64,000 nt of DNA from the NCBI GenBank assembly GCA_009103225.1, contig RHPI01003244.1, forward strand, positions 248,001-312,000, written 5' to 3'. The number at the start of each line of letters is the position of its first letter. Within the stretch, counting starts at the first letter, position 1. The position numbers and the translations under genes were made by a program. The notes under the pieces were generated by a model. That model worked only from the letters and a program-made list of their open reading frames with translations, searched no databases and was not told the DNA's origin. Positions 1 to 11,531 of the stretch are shown piece by piece. The stretch is from Chlorokybus atmophyticus. Taxonomy: Eukaryota; Plantae; Mesostigma and Chlorokybus algae.

Positions 1-123
1 ACCACACTACAGTCTGCCGCCGCTAAGTCTTGTGCTGCCGCTTGCCTGCTGCTTTCGCACTCCTAGCCTGGCCGTCCCGCGGAAAGAGGGGCGGTCAGCT
101 AGGGCGGCGCAACGCATTATATA

Positions 124-204
124 CACCACCACCACCACCACCACCACCACAACAACAACAGCGCACCTGCTGGCGGCGGCCGCCGCCGCCGCCGCCGCCG
201 CCGC
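124..204. repeat. Trinucleotide microsatellites (ACC/AAC)n and (GCC)n
   Basis: Direct reading: accaccaccacc...aacaacaac followed by gccgccgccgcc tracts. Confidence 0.85.
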
Positions 205-429
205 CTGGCCTGATGGCCGCCCTGCAACACAAAGGGTGGAAGGGCGGTTGGGCTGCGCTGCTGCGCACTACACGACAAGACATGCACAAGCACATACCTG
301 CCGCCGCCGCAGCAGCACAACGCTCAACTGCGCAAGTCAACTTGCACAGTTGAGCGTTGTGTTGCGGCTTAGCGTTTAAATTCACAAGGGGGCCGTTGAG
401 TTTGAAAACCCAACGGCTTTCCTTATGAC

Positions 430-780
430 ACCATCGTACCATTATGATGGTACTTTTGTACCATCGTAATGGTACAAAAGTACCAATATAATAGTACCTT
501 TGTAATGGTACTGCTGTACCATATTGATGGTACGATCGTACCATTATTCTGAGACGAAACTTCCATCGTATCATATATCAGTACTTGTCCCAACTCACCG
601 CCACCGCTCGTCCCTAAGTTGGGACTGATAAGTCACTTGCTTGCCATTTTTGATATATCACCGTCGTAAAATGCTATACGACCGGCGGTCGGTCGTATTA
701 ACTACGTAAATATTTCGTATCATTGCCATAACAGGTAGGTCGCCGCCGCGGGTGCTGTACGACCGGCGGTTGGCCGTCGA
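430..780. repeat. Cluster of short inverted repeats (hairpin array), possibly a transposon subterminal region
   Basis: 17-bp perfect stem 448-464/469-485 with 4-nt loop, several GTACCAT..ATGGTAC units, GTCCCAACT/AGTTGGGAC (587-595/617-625), ATACGACCG/CGGTCGTAT (676-684/690-698). Confidence 0.6.
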
Positions 781-1129
781 CATATATTACAAGCAAGTCA
801 TGACAGGCAGGCAGCAGTCCATTATATTGTACGATAGGCCATCAGCCGTTGATTGTTATCCACGATATACACCGACAGTCCAGTCAGTCCCTTTATGGCC
901 CAAGTCGTCAGGGTTAGGTACGGTCAGGTAGGGTCAGGCACTCGTCAGTCCCGCAATCCCTAGTCAGTCACCGTGTAAAATTTGCGACGTACGGCTAGAG
1001 GCTTTATGGAGTAGATGCACGCTGCATTGGCTTGTGCCAAAGATTGCCTGAGAGCAGCTCAGGATCGGCATAAGTTGTATGCTAATCGGCAGCGCAGGCC
1101 TGAAAAAGGTCTAAAGGTTGAGGACAAGG

Positions 1130-1945
1130 TGTCACGCTTAAAAGGCTGGGCAAAGTCATTCTCTGTTCCTTATTTATATTCATAAGAAGGGACTGGTGGG
1201 TTTTCCATATTACAAGCGAGTGTAATGCTTATGGGGTGTGCTCTCATGCGGTCCGCTCTTGAGCATATGCGGCTTTGAGTAACGATAAAACTACACAAGG
1301 CATTGATGGAGGCTAGGACAGAGCTGGTCAATGCCTATGGCATGTGAGCCTTCGTTATTGCATGGCGAGTTGCCACATGCATTGGCGGTTATGCGATTGT
1401 AAGCCAAGTTGGCAAACCATGATATATACCATGGTAGTGCGATTTGCCACAGGTGTGACAAAGCAAGGCAAGTGGTGCCTGTTGGCAATCCGTAAGTACA
1501 TGTGTACAAGGATAGCATAAGTTTGTGATTTTGAGGTAGAATTGTTCCTATAAGAATCCGAGGTGGTTTGATACTTTAAAGGTGGAGTTTGTAGGTTATG
1601 TTGTTGGAAGAAGGTGAGCGCGTAGTGAATAGGCCTAGGTGGCCTTGAAAATCCTGTGTGCGTGGGGTGCCGGGTTGTTAGCTGTTAAAGGGGCTCTCCC
1701 CTCATCCCTTGTGTGGGGTGCGGTGTTGTGGTGTGGTGCACATGGGTGTGTTGAGCGTGCGTGGGTGCCTTCGACTGGAGCTGAGTGGAGAGGCCGGTTA
1801 CTCTCATGGAATCCTCTCCTCCCTTGGTGCTGAGCTAAAACTTCCATTGCACCGTGGTGCTGGTGGGACTTCTGCTGCAAGTCCTTGGTGCTTGTGCATA
1901 AGTTTGCCAAGACCCGACCAGCAAGCAAGTAGTAGTATCATTACA
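1130..1945 (+). mobile_element. Solo LTR (816 bp) inserted in the chromovirus integrase frame
   Basis: Starts TGTCACG, ends TTACA, flanked by CAAGG (1125-1129) / TAAGG (1946-1950). Removing it restores the frame E-D-K-V-L-K-S-T-K-N-I-P. Confidence 0.8.
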
Positions 1946-2816
1946 TAAGGTCTTAAAGAGCACTAAAAACATTCCGCTCAAGACCAGTGGTGTACATAGG
2001 CTTCAGCCCAAGTGGCTTGGACCGTTCACTGTCTCTATGCCCGTAGGATCACGTGTTTTTAGGCTTAAATTGCCAAAGAGCATGCGTGTCCACAATGTGT
2101 TCCATGACTCATGAAACACGTTAAGCCTCGGAGGCGCTACTCATACCATCCAAAGGTGATGACACAGTACAGCCGCCTCCACCTCGTGTTAAGGTAGAGG
2201 GTGACCTTCAGTATGAGGTCGAGGCCATTGTGGGCAAACGGTTTGAGAACTGTAGGAAGGGCTTCCGAATTGAGTACCTTGTAAAGTGGCTGGGTCATAG
2301 TGAAGAGCAAAACCTCTAGGAGCCAATCTGTAACTTAGCAAACTGTACTGCTAAGTTGGAAGAGTTTGAGAGTGAGTTTAAATCCACAGGTGCCACTTGT
2401 AAAAAAAAAAAACCTCTTAAACTGGGATGTAAATTCATGAAGGGCTTCCCAACTGAGTACCTTGTAAATTGGCTTGGTTATGGTGAAAAACATAACCTCC
2501 AAGAGCCAATCTCCAACTTGGCAAACTATATCGCTAAGGAAGAGTTTAAGAATGAGCTAATCCACAGATGCCATTTGAAGGAGCTTGTGCGATTGAGCTT
2601 GTGCTTAATTAAAATATGTGCAACATCTTTTCTGTGACATGCCAACACGCGCTGTTATTTAGTATTAGAGTTGGTTGTCATTTACGTAACTTGCACTTGT
2701 CCCGCGCGTAGTGTGCGGTGGTTAAAAAGGGTTGGCCACCCTTGCTGGCAATCATCGTGCGGGGCTTGTGCTCCACTAGTTTGCAACATGGAAGTTGCAA
2801 TGCAAGTGGAGAGGAA

Positions 2817-3440
2817 TGTCACGTCCAAGGGACTGGCTTAAGTCAATCTCAGTTTCTTATTCATGTGGTAAGATGCACTAAGTATGGATTCCGTATAGTC
2901 ATGGTGAGTGTAGCACCTGGCATACGTGCTCATGAAGTCAGTTCTTATGCACTTAGTGTATGAGGACCTAGCTACTACATCAGGCACTGTCTACCAGTAA
3001 GTACACTGGACTGGTCAGTGTTAAGCGCAGAGGCGTTTATGCACCAACGGTGTTGCCTATGTTGATGTGTCCGAGGGCCCCTGTGCACCGGTGGACAAAG
3101 TCAGCCTGTGCCGACAGGTGATAGGTGGCGAGGTCTTATTAGCCTTGAACATCCTATGTATCAGGTCGGAGAGCAGCAGGTAGTATAAAAGCGTGACTAC
3201 CACCTTGTGGTGGCAATTAGTTGCTAGCCTTGCGGAGCTACTTGTGTGTGGGGTGCCTGGCAGAAGCTGCTAAAGGGTGCTCTCCCCATCAACTCATTTT
3301 GGGGTGTTGCTTGCTGCAAGGAGTGCTGTAAGTTGAGAGGTTCAACGTGATAATGAACCTCACTGTTGTAGTATACTGCTACTCAATGGATAGCTATTGC
3401 ACAAAGCTTGAGGCTCCTTTGTGCTCTACACTAATATACC
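2817..3440 (+). repeat. 3' LTR of the chromovirus remnant (right boundary uncertain)
   Basis: Begins TGTCACG directly after a polypurine tract. Its start and an internal block (GTGTG..GGGGTGCC..GCTG(C/T)TAAAGGG..GCTCTCCC) resemble the solo LTR at 1130-1945. Confidence 0.6.
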
Positions 3441-4251
3441 CCGATACTCATGCTAACCATATAATGCTTACCGTGTTTCCCCCTTTACAAACACTTGGGG
3501 GCTCGTAAGTTACACTTACAACACCCTTAGTTGACGACGAGCCTCCACATGCGTCATGTAAGGCCGTTTGCCTTGTAACATATACAAGACTCTTATATAT
3601 AAATAAAGTTAGCCCTTCGTAGCGTAACTCGCACGCATACAAGCCCCTTAATAAACTCCTTTGAATGGAAGCCTCCTGTCATTGCAGTTTAAAGCCTTTT
3701 GTCCCAAGGCGGCCTTTTACCCACAAAATGCGTTTACCTTTTATTTATTTTATTTTTCACAAAAATCACAATGTTTAACCTCTTATATATGAAGACATGT
3801 GCAAGCAAGCGCGCTCTCAAACACTAGCAAACACTTTGTAATGTGGAGAAACACTTGCCTGTATGTGCATGGTTGTACGCATTGTGAGAAGTGCATACGT
3901 TAAAATGATCTGTGCGCAGACCTATGACGCTTGATTGAGTCTCATTGCGACTGAGACAAGGACTTGTCTCAGCTGTTAATTGTATGTAATGGCGGATGGT
4001 TGGCCATGAACTGGGTTCATGGCCAATCTTCAAATTAAAGATCGCACCGATTGGCATTGTTGCATCTTTCAACATCAAAGCCATTTGAGATGACAACGTG
4101 TTGAGCGCCCACCTGAAAACCAGCCAACAACGGAGAAATAGCTTCATACTTCCAACCGCACTCTTATGTGTACTGGCATGCCTCGCACAGTGTGCTTACT
4201 CCACCGCTTGCTCTGCTCATGCCACATCATACCTATGTGCCTGCCTAACCA

Positions 4252-7200
4252 TCACGACTGTATATGTCTCTGCAGCAGCTTTCGAGGATTGCAAGTACTA
4301 GAATCCGTGCTGTCACTGCCAGCTTGCTTGCCTGTCTCCTCTAGCTTTTGGTACTCTGCCAGCGGGAAATCCGGTGCAATATCCACTGAGTCTGCAGGCT
4401 GGCAATCAACAGGCTGTTAGTCCACAGCACTTCCATTGCTTCCATGTTCTTGCAGCGTCATGCAAGCCAAAGCAACAGCACACTAGCGCTGCCTGCAAGG
4501 CAAGGCAAGGCAAGACGACACAGGCATGATCTCCGACCAGGCGCACATGAAAGCAAAAGATACGAGTCTTCTCACCTGCAGCAACTCCAATAGTTGCCAG
4601 AAAAGGTGGTTTAGGGCAACAACGGCACAGAATATCTTTCCTGCCCAGGAGCCACAACTGTAGTACCTGCCATTCGCCACAGCTTTCTCAACTCTCCTGC
4701 TATATGCCATTATGATCACCACTGGAGGTCTTACTTGCGCAGCCTTTGTATTAAGGACTCTTCTGGAGTCCTTGCAATGCGGTCGTACACAGTCTGCACT
4801 CGCACAGCAACATCACGCCAGCTGTACATATCCTTGACCTGCAATGTGTATGTACATGTCACGTTACCAGGTGGTATGTCCAACCTTGTCGTGCACAGCG
4901 GCATTACAATGCGGTGACAAGTGAGCTTCACTGCTTGAAAATATTGCACGCCTGCTGCAATTGCGCCAGCATAGCAACCAACCCCGTGCTCACCTGCTCA
5001 TGCAGCTCAAACGGTTGTATGGTATCTACACGTGCGATCGCATTCTCGATGGCAACAACCAAATCGCTTGCAATTGGAGCGGCAAGCTCGATCATATGAC
5101 TGGGAAGAACCTGGTCGTTCACAACCAAATTATGGACTCGGAAAAAAAACTGCTAAGATGTTTGGATGGGCGAGAGTGTGTCATAAAGCAGCAACACATA
5201 CATAACACGCGAGCAGCAACAGCACACCCTTTTCCTTACGAGGCATACCATATGTGTGTCAAGCTGTAACTAACGTAGAGTCCAAGCGCAAGATATGCTT
5301 ACCTCTGGAACTCCACCAACTCGCGTGCTAACGACGAACAAGCCGCAACTGGCAGCCTCCAAAATAGCTATGCAGAACGCCTCCGTCAACGAGCTGCACA
5401 TGCACGTTACAGGCATCATGATGACTGCAGTTGCAACTGACTACATCCGTTTTTAGAGCAGTGTTGATCACAAGATAGCTCATGCTGTACAAGTACAGCA
5501 TGCTTGCAGCTGCAAAGCATACATGGCAGCAGGATATGAACTTGACGTGAATGCTTGAAAAGGGCAAAGTCTCTCTTGCCTGTTGAGGAAGATGTGTCCG
5601 CGCACAAGAACATTGCGCACTTCTGAGTGTGGGACGGTCCCCAGCATCTCTACGCGATCATGCAGGCCTGCAAGAGCAACGAGCATATACTTTGTTTGCT
5701 GACACCTGCTGCCGCATGTAGCAGCATTAAGACACAGAATTGACTGAAACATGTGTGAACCTGACCATGCTTTTCACGCATCTCTTCCAGCACGATGCGC
5801 TTAGGGCCATCCCCGCCTATGATAAAACACGCATTGGGGTTTCGCCTGCACACTTCTGGTATGACCTGCAAGTGACATGCAGATACACTTGGTTGGCAAC
5901 GCATGTACACATGCGCTTGGTTTGCCACCGATCTGCGTAGCAGTGGCAACTGACCTCCACAAGCAAATCTGCACCTTTGCGGTACACCAGCCGACTGATG
6001 ACTACAATAGTGACTTGGTTGTTTACGCGAGGCTTGGGCTCAGGGACAAACATGGTGCTATCTACAGCGTTGGGGATGACTGCAGAGCACACCGACTGAG
6101 CATGTATTATATGCTGTTGTGTTGGGCAAAAGCTGGTCACCTGAGACTCGGTGCGGTGGAATTCCGGACCGAAGCACCTGACATTCGCAACGGGTCACCA
6201 CTCAATAAAAGGCAGTTGACAACGCAGTAGGTTGGATAGACAGGGGATGCATGCCATAGTACCGTGTTCTCTTTACTTGTATGGGAAACACAGATGGCGT
6301 GATGCACATCGGCAAGGGTGAACTTCAACACCTAAGGTAACAGCCAACTGAGCTGATGTTGTAAAGCTTTGTCGTTGGACTGAGCTTGTTGCAACAGTTT
6401 GAGAGGCTGCTGTCCACAACCATGGCAGTAACAACATATTACACGTGTCTATCGGCTGGCTGCTTGATGTTGCATTCGTATGCTTGTGCATGCACATGCA
6501 GAAAGGGATGAACAAACCAGTGTCAACCAGAGTTCCATGCACTGTCATCGACATGCAGCCACATAGCGGCAAGTCAAGCACTTGTTACCTTGTTGGTGTG
6601 AATGGAGGAAGCATCGGTGAACCCAAAAAGGGAGTGATCAGTGAACACAACCTTGAAGCCCATGGTTCTTGCATGGAATATGGCCTCGTGACACAGTGTC
6701 GAGAATGCCTAGCAGATGTCCATGTCTATCAACAAAGGTAAGGAGTAACAGACACAGGTGCGAGGGGAAGCGCAAGGCTTGGGCTGTCGTACCTGATGAC
6801 CATGTATTAGCGTGATCTTTTCTCTCAGCAGGATGTATCTCAAGATGGGAAACGCACCATAAAGGGTGGGCAGGCTGTTCTGATTGTAAAATGGTAGTCG
6901 TGACACATAATAAACCTGCAGACATCCAGCTGGAAAATTGCACACCCCAAAGCCAAGAGCGTCGTTGTATTGTGTAGTTTATTAGCATTACGCAATCACG
7001 ATGACGACCGCAAGCTGCGTTCAGTAGATTTGCATTCGAAATTCAATCCGCATGCGCACAGGGCAACACAACGACGACATGTTGTACCAAAAGCGTGCCA
7101 CACACAACTGCGTCTAGCCACACAAACCAGCATGCAATGGAGTGTGTGTGCTGAGCCTACCTTCAAACCGTTTGTCATGAAGCGAACTCCTGCTCGTCTG

Positions 7201-7492
7201 CCGTAGGCGTGCGTGACAACCACCACCTGGCCATGCCAACATACCCGTCATGCACTGCTTGAATTGGCCACAGCTGTTGTCACCGACTGATATCGTCGCA
7301 ATGCACCACCTTGTGGCCTAGCAGAATGAGGCACTGCGACAGAGTGTAGATATGGTTCTCCACGCCACCCACGTTGGGGTAGAAGAAGTCGCACACCATG
7401 CACACCCGGTGCTTCTCGCTCCCACCGCTACTAGCAGAAGGCATCGCCCGTGCCCCATCGCCACTCGCATCCTCATCCCCGTCCTCGGCCAT
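4252..7492 (-). CDS. PIGA: Phosphatidylinositol N-acetylglucosaminyltransferase subunit A (GPI biosynthesis), 14 exons, ~486 aa
   Basis: Exons 7492-7310, 7226-7161, 6915-6793, 6708-6589, 6331-6263, 6177-6141, 6079-5955, 5865-5766, 5667-5580, 5393-5303, 5110-4994, 4838-4735, 4666-4576, 4398-4252 join in frame. Motifs [74 protein letters not shown] match PIG-A/SETH2. Confidence 0.95.
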
Positions 7493-7586
7493 CCCGTCCA
7501 CACCGCCGCTGCCACCTCCGCCACCGTCGCTGGCGCCAGAATCCGGTCCTGGGTCAGATCACAATGCAAAACCGGATCCGGGACAA

Positions 7587-7595
7587 TTAGGGTTT
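7587..7595 (-). promoter_or_regulatory. Telo-box (AAACCCTAA) upstream of PIGA
   Basis: TTAGGGTTT on + strand ~95 bp upstream of the PIGA ATG. Telo-boxes are known plant promoter/5'UTR elements; function here is inferred. Confidence 0.35.
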
Positions 7596-8488
7596 GGCTT
7601 GGGGTCATAAGGGGTTACAACAGGAGGGTCTCAGCCTTAACACTGTTTATGGATGGTTCACGCGGAGGGTTTTCCGGCAATTTATGACTCGCAGGAGCGT
7701 TCTTTCGAGGCGACATGCAGCGCGGTGCTTCTCGTCCGTTTCATGGATGCGACGGGGGGTGAGGGCAGCCGTAGCCCCCACCAACCCCTAATAAACTCCC
7801 AATAACCCCTGATACCGTCCCGCGTCCGAAGCTCGCGGCGAAGGCGCCTTACACGCAAAATAACATGCTTCTGACGTGCGGGTGACTTAAGGAGCATGGT
7901 TGTGGCATTATTCAAGCATTCTCATTGGAGCGAGATGCTCACATCACGTGTTGCGGTGGGCTGTGCCAAAACTAGGCAGCGCCATGCACTGCCCTCCGAC
8001 TCTACTGCCCGCTGTGTGCCGAGGTTGAGGTAGGTGTTGAGCCCAGGTTTTGTGGTTTTGACAATGGTGGACTTTGTGCTTGTCACTGTCAGCTGTTACG
8101 CCTATTAGGTTGAAGTGCGAGCTTGCTTCACATCTGACGTCTGCTTTGACGCCTTAAAGCTGTCAACTGTGTGGCTTGACGGCTTCAGTTTCGGAAAGCT
8201 TAGTTGCGTTTGCCACTATGCATGCTGAAGCTCTGCATGAATCTTTTGTCTGACTTCCAAGCTCTCCGGCTGTCAACTGCACGCTGATATGTAGCATCTC
8301 TCAGCATCAGCTTGCATTGGCGTGCTGCGTGCAAGCAAGTCTGAGCAGTGCTTGAGATGAAGTCAGCCTTCAGTCGGGCTGACAGGCATGTCAGCCAGCG
8401 TATCAGCTTGCCAGGCCAAGGCAAGCTGCTTGGTGTTCAGCTTCAGCTGTGCCACAAGCTTTAAAGCAGCTGAAGATGTGGCACAAGC

Positions 8489-11116
8489 ATGGGGGTTGAG
8501 GAGGCGGAGAAGACGGCGCAGGCGCAGGCGCAGGCGGAGGCGGAGGCGACCGGTATGACGGTCGGCGCGGCAGCAGCGGCGACTGTGGACAGCTCAACAT
8601 CCTCCGCTGTTGAGCTGTTCGTTTCATCGGAGCTTTTGTCTGCCGTGCAGCTAGCCAGGGTTTTCCCTGACAGCAAGACGTTCGTGGATATGCCACTCAG
8701 GCTGGAGCACGACCCGGCTGATGTCACCGCCGCCTTCGGCAAGCTCCTGCGCAACCAGGACGGCACAATTGAGAAAGGTGGGGTTGGTTAGTGTTTGTCT
8801 CGTTGCTAGTCCGTGCATGTCCTGGTCAGCAGGTTGATTGTGTAATGTGCAGGCATCAGATCACTTTGTGCACGAAGTTGAACGTTCTATGTTCTATGTC
8901 TGTAATAGACTTCTTGATGTCAACAACATGGAAGAGTCTTTGGTGAGATGGCAACAGCAGACTGCCCCAGTACAGGTACCATGGGTCTTGCTGTGACTCA
9001 CACGGCAGTCTTCGTAAGCAAGCATTCTGTGCATGCATGCCGACATTGCAATTTTCCTTGGTAGCAGAGGCCTTGCTCATCCGTTTATGCATGTGGCAGT
9101 TAGAGTAGGGCTGTATACAATTGAAACACTGCTTGCGTTTATGACACAGTGCGCTGGCATGTACTCAACCTGGCATGGTACTTCGGACGGGTTGGCATAA
9201 GCCAGAGTACCGCATAAACACTGGTGTTGCACTTGCTGCATGCTTGTAATGCTGATGTCAATACACACATTATGCACGCTTACAGACGCTTTTGTACAGA
9301 TGTCCTGACAGCATTTGTCGACAAGCACTTTGGTATGGTTGGAAGCGATGTTGCGCGTTGCACACCTGCTGACTTCATCGCCAAACCTTTGCCGGAAGTG
9401 TTTCTTCCAAATGTCAAAGACTACAGGTGGCGCAAGTTTGCCGTCGCCATTCACAACTTGTGGCCGCTCCTCATTCGCAAAGCCGCCAGTTGCGTTGGTT
9501 CTGACATGAAGCCTGGCCAGCACCGCTCATTGCTCGCGCTGCCATCACCAATGATCGTGCCGGGGGACAGATTTGGGGAGTCCTACTACTGGGATAGCTA
9601 CTGGATGGTAAGGTACTGGATGCACTACTCTTCTACTCGGCAAGGACAGCTAACTTGCTAAACTTGCATGCCCAATGCTTTGCTGTGCATTGTCTTGCAG
9701 AGGGCTGCTCGTCAGTAGTATGGCCCAAACCGCTCGAGGCGTAATCATGAATCTATTGCACCTTATCGAGCTGTACGGGTTTGTACCGAACGGGTCACGC
9801 CGGTACTACCTTAGCAGAAGGTGAGCTCTCGACAAAGCACTTTTGGGTTAAATCACTTAGGAGGTAAGTCCTGTAGTGCAACGCTGCCTGTAAGCACTGA
9901 CTCCTGGTTGCATCGTCTGCTGAACAGTCAGCCTCCGCTGCTGAGCAGCACAGTTCTGGAGTACTACGAGGCTACACATGACATCGAGCTTGTGCGTTTA
10001 GCTTTGCCACTGCTGCGCAAGGAGCACAAGTATTGGACCTCAGGTTTGTCGTAGTCAAGTTGACACTGCAAGCGGCTTGCTCATGGTTGACAAATGTTGT
10101 TCAAAGGCAAGAAGGCTGTGCCCATTTGCCATAACAATAAGCTTTATGAGCTTTCTCGCTACTGGGCAGCTACCGATTCTCCAAGGTACATATTGCTGTC
10201 AGCAGTGTGCTGTTAATAACAAAGCTTGTGCAGAGACTTATCAAGTTGCTGTGCTTTTCATATATCCAGGGCCGAGTCCTACTTTGAGGATTGCAATCTG
10301 ACAGCTGGAATGAGCGATAAGGACAAACGCGCGTTGCTTAGAGAGATAGCAACTGTCGCAGAGTCTGGTTGGGACTTCAGTTCCAGATGGCGAGCAGATC
10401 ATGACAATGCACGCACGACGCAGATCACACGCATTGTTCCTGTGGACCTCAACGTGTTCCTGCTGCGAATGGAAAGCGACATTGGAACTCTCCACCAGCT
10501 TGAGGGCGTCACAGCAGACAGACACTTTTGCTGGGAGTATTTTCATTATGCAGAGGCACGTGCCGAGGCCATCAATGACCTGCTTTGGGACTCGAAGAAG
10601 AGACGATGGCGGGACCTTTGGTTGCCGGCCCATCTCTCAGGCGACAATGTGGTCCCGCTGGAACTGTGCCATCGCCACCCTGGCGGAGGCGTGTATGCAT
10701 CAGACTTCTTCCCTCTCTGGTGTGACATTGCGCCGCCAACTGGCGCGCGTACTGCACCGATGGATGCTTTGATGGCCAGCGGGCTGCTTCATACCGGAGG
10801 GATAGCTGTGTCGAACGTCATCAGCGGCGAGCAGTGGGATTCACCCAACGTGTGGGCGCCCATTCAGTGCATCCTTGTTGAAAGCATGCTGAATGAGAAG
10901 TTTGACCTTGCTGCGGAGCTGTTTGCGCACAGCTTCCTCTGCAGCTGTTTGGTTGCGTACGAGAAGACTGGCCACATGCACGAGAAATATGATGCGCTCA
11001 CTCGCGGCGAGGTCGGTGCAGGTGGCGAATACCAACCGCAGCTGGGCTTTGGCTGGACGAATGCGGTGGTGTTGATTCTCCTGCAGTTGTTCGGGGCGCC
11101 AGATCCGCCTGACTAG
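8489..11116 (+). CDS. TRE1: Alpha,alpha-trehalase (GH37), 6 exons, ~587 aa
   Basis: Exons 8489-8777, 9300-9612, 9701-9820, 9928-10043, 10107-10185, 10270-11116 join in frame. Motifs [90 protein letters not shown]. Confidence 0.95.
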
Positions 11117-11531
11117 AGTTGAGTTGGGTGAGTTTGTAGGACTCACCGTTTGTCACTCAAATCTGTCACAGTGTCATGACTGTGTATATGCTGCCTGAGT
11201 TGCTCTGTGTGCACACGACGCACGTACATACTTAGCAAGCAGATTGTACTCTCATGATCACAAGTACTGGACATGATAGGACGCTGGTGCGTTACCAGTT
11301 GGTAACCAGAGTTGCATAGCACCTAATCACCATCCTGTTTGTCAGTCAAGCTGGTCTATACATGGTCCAAATCATTAACCCTGGAATCAATTACAGCCGG
11401 TCTTAACGGCAAAATAACGACTGTCCAGTCGCAGTGTTGCTACACAACTTGAATGAACGCTTCGCATATAGTATGCTATAGTATGCTTGCGTCAGCCACG
11501 CAATAAACACTTGCCTAAAGCCATCTGTAAC

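Larger units (their letters stand above)
1002..3440 (+). mobile_element. Decayed Ty3/gypsy chromovirus LTR retrotransposon, 3' portion only (integrase C-terminus, chromodomain, PPT, 3' LTR)
   Basis: Translation gives AALACAKDCLRAAQDRHKLYANRQRR..VEDKV / LKSTKNIPL..LQPKWLGPF..RLKLPKSMRVHNVFH (GPY/F region) and QYEVEAIVGKR..EYLVKWLGH..NL*EP (chromodomain), with stops. PPT AAGTGGAGAGGAA (2804-2816) abuts TGTCACG. The 3' end of the LTR is approximate. Confidence 0.85.

Noticed and set aside
3705-3730. GCCTTTTAC, identical to the U5 snRNA loop 1
   Set aside because: No enclosing stem or Sm site; chance match.
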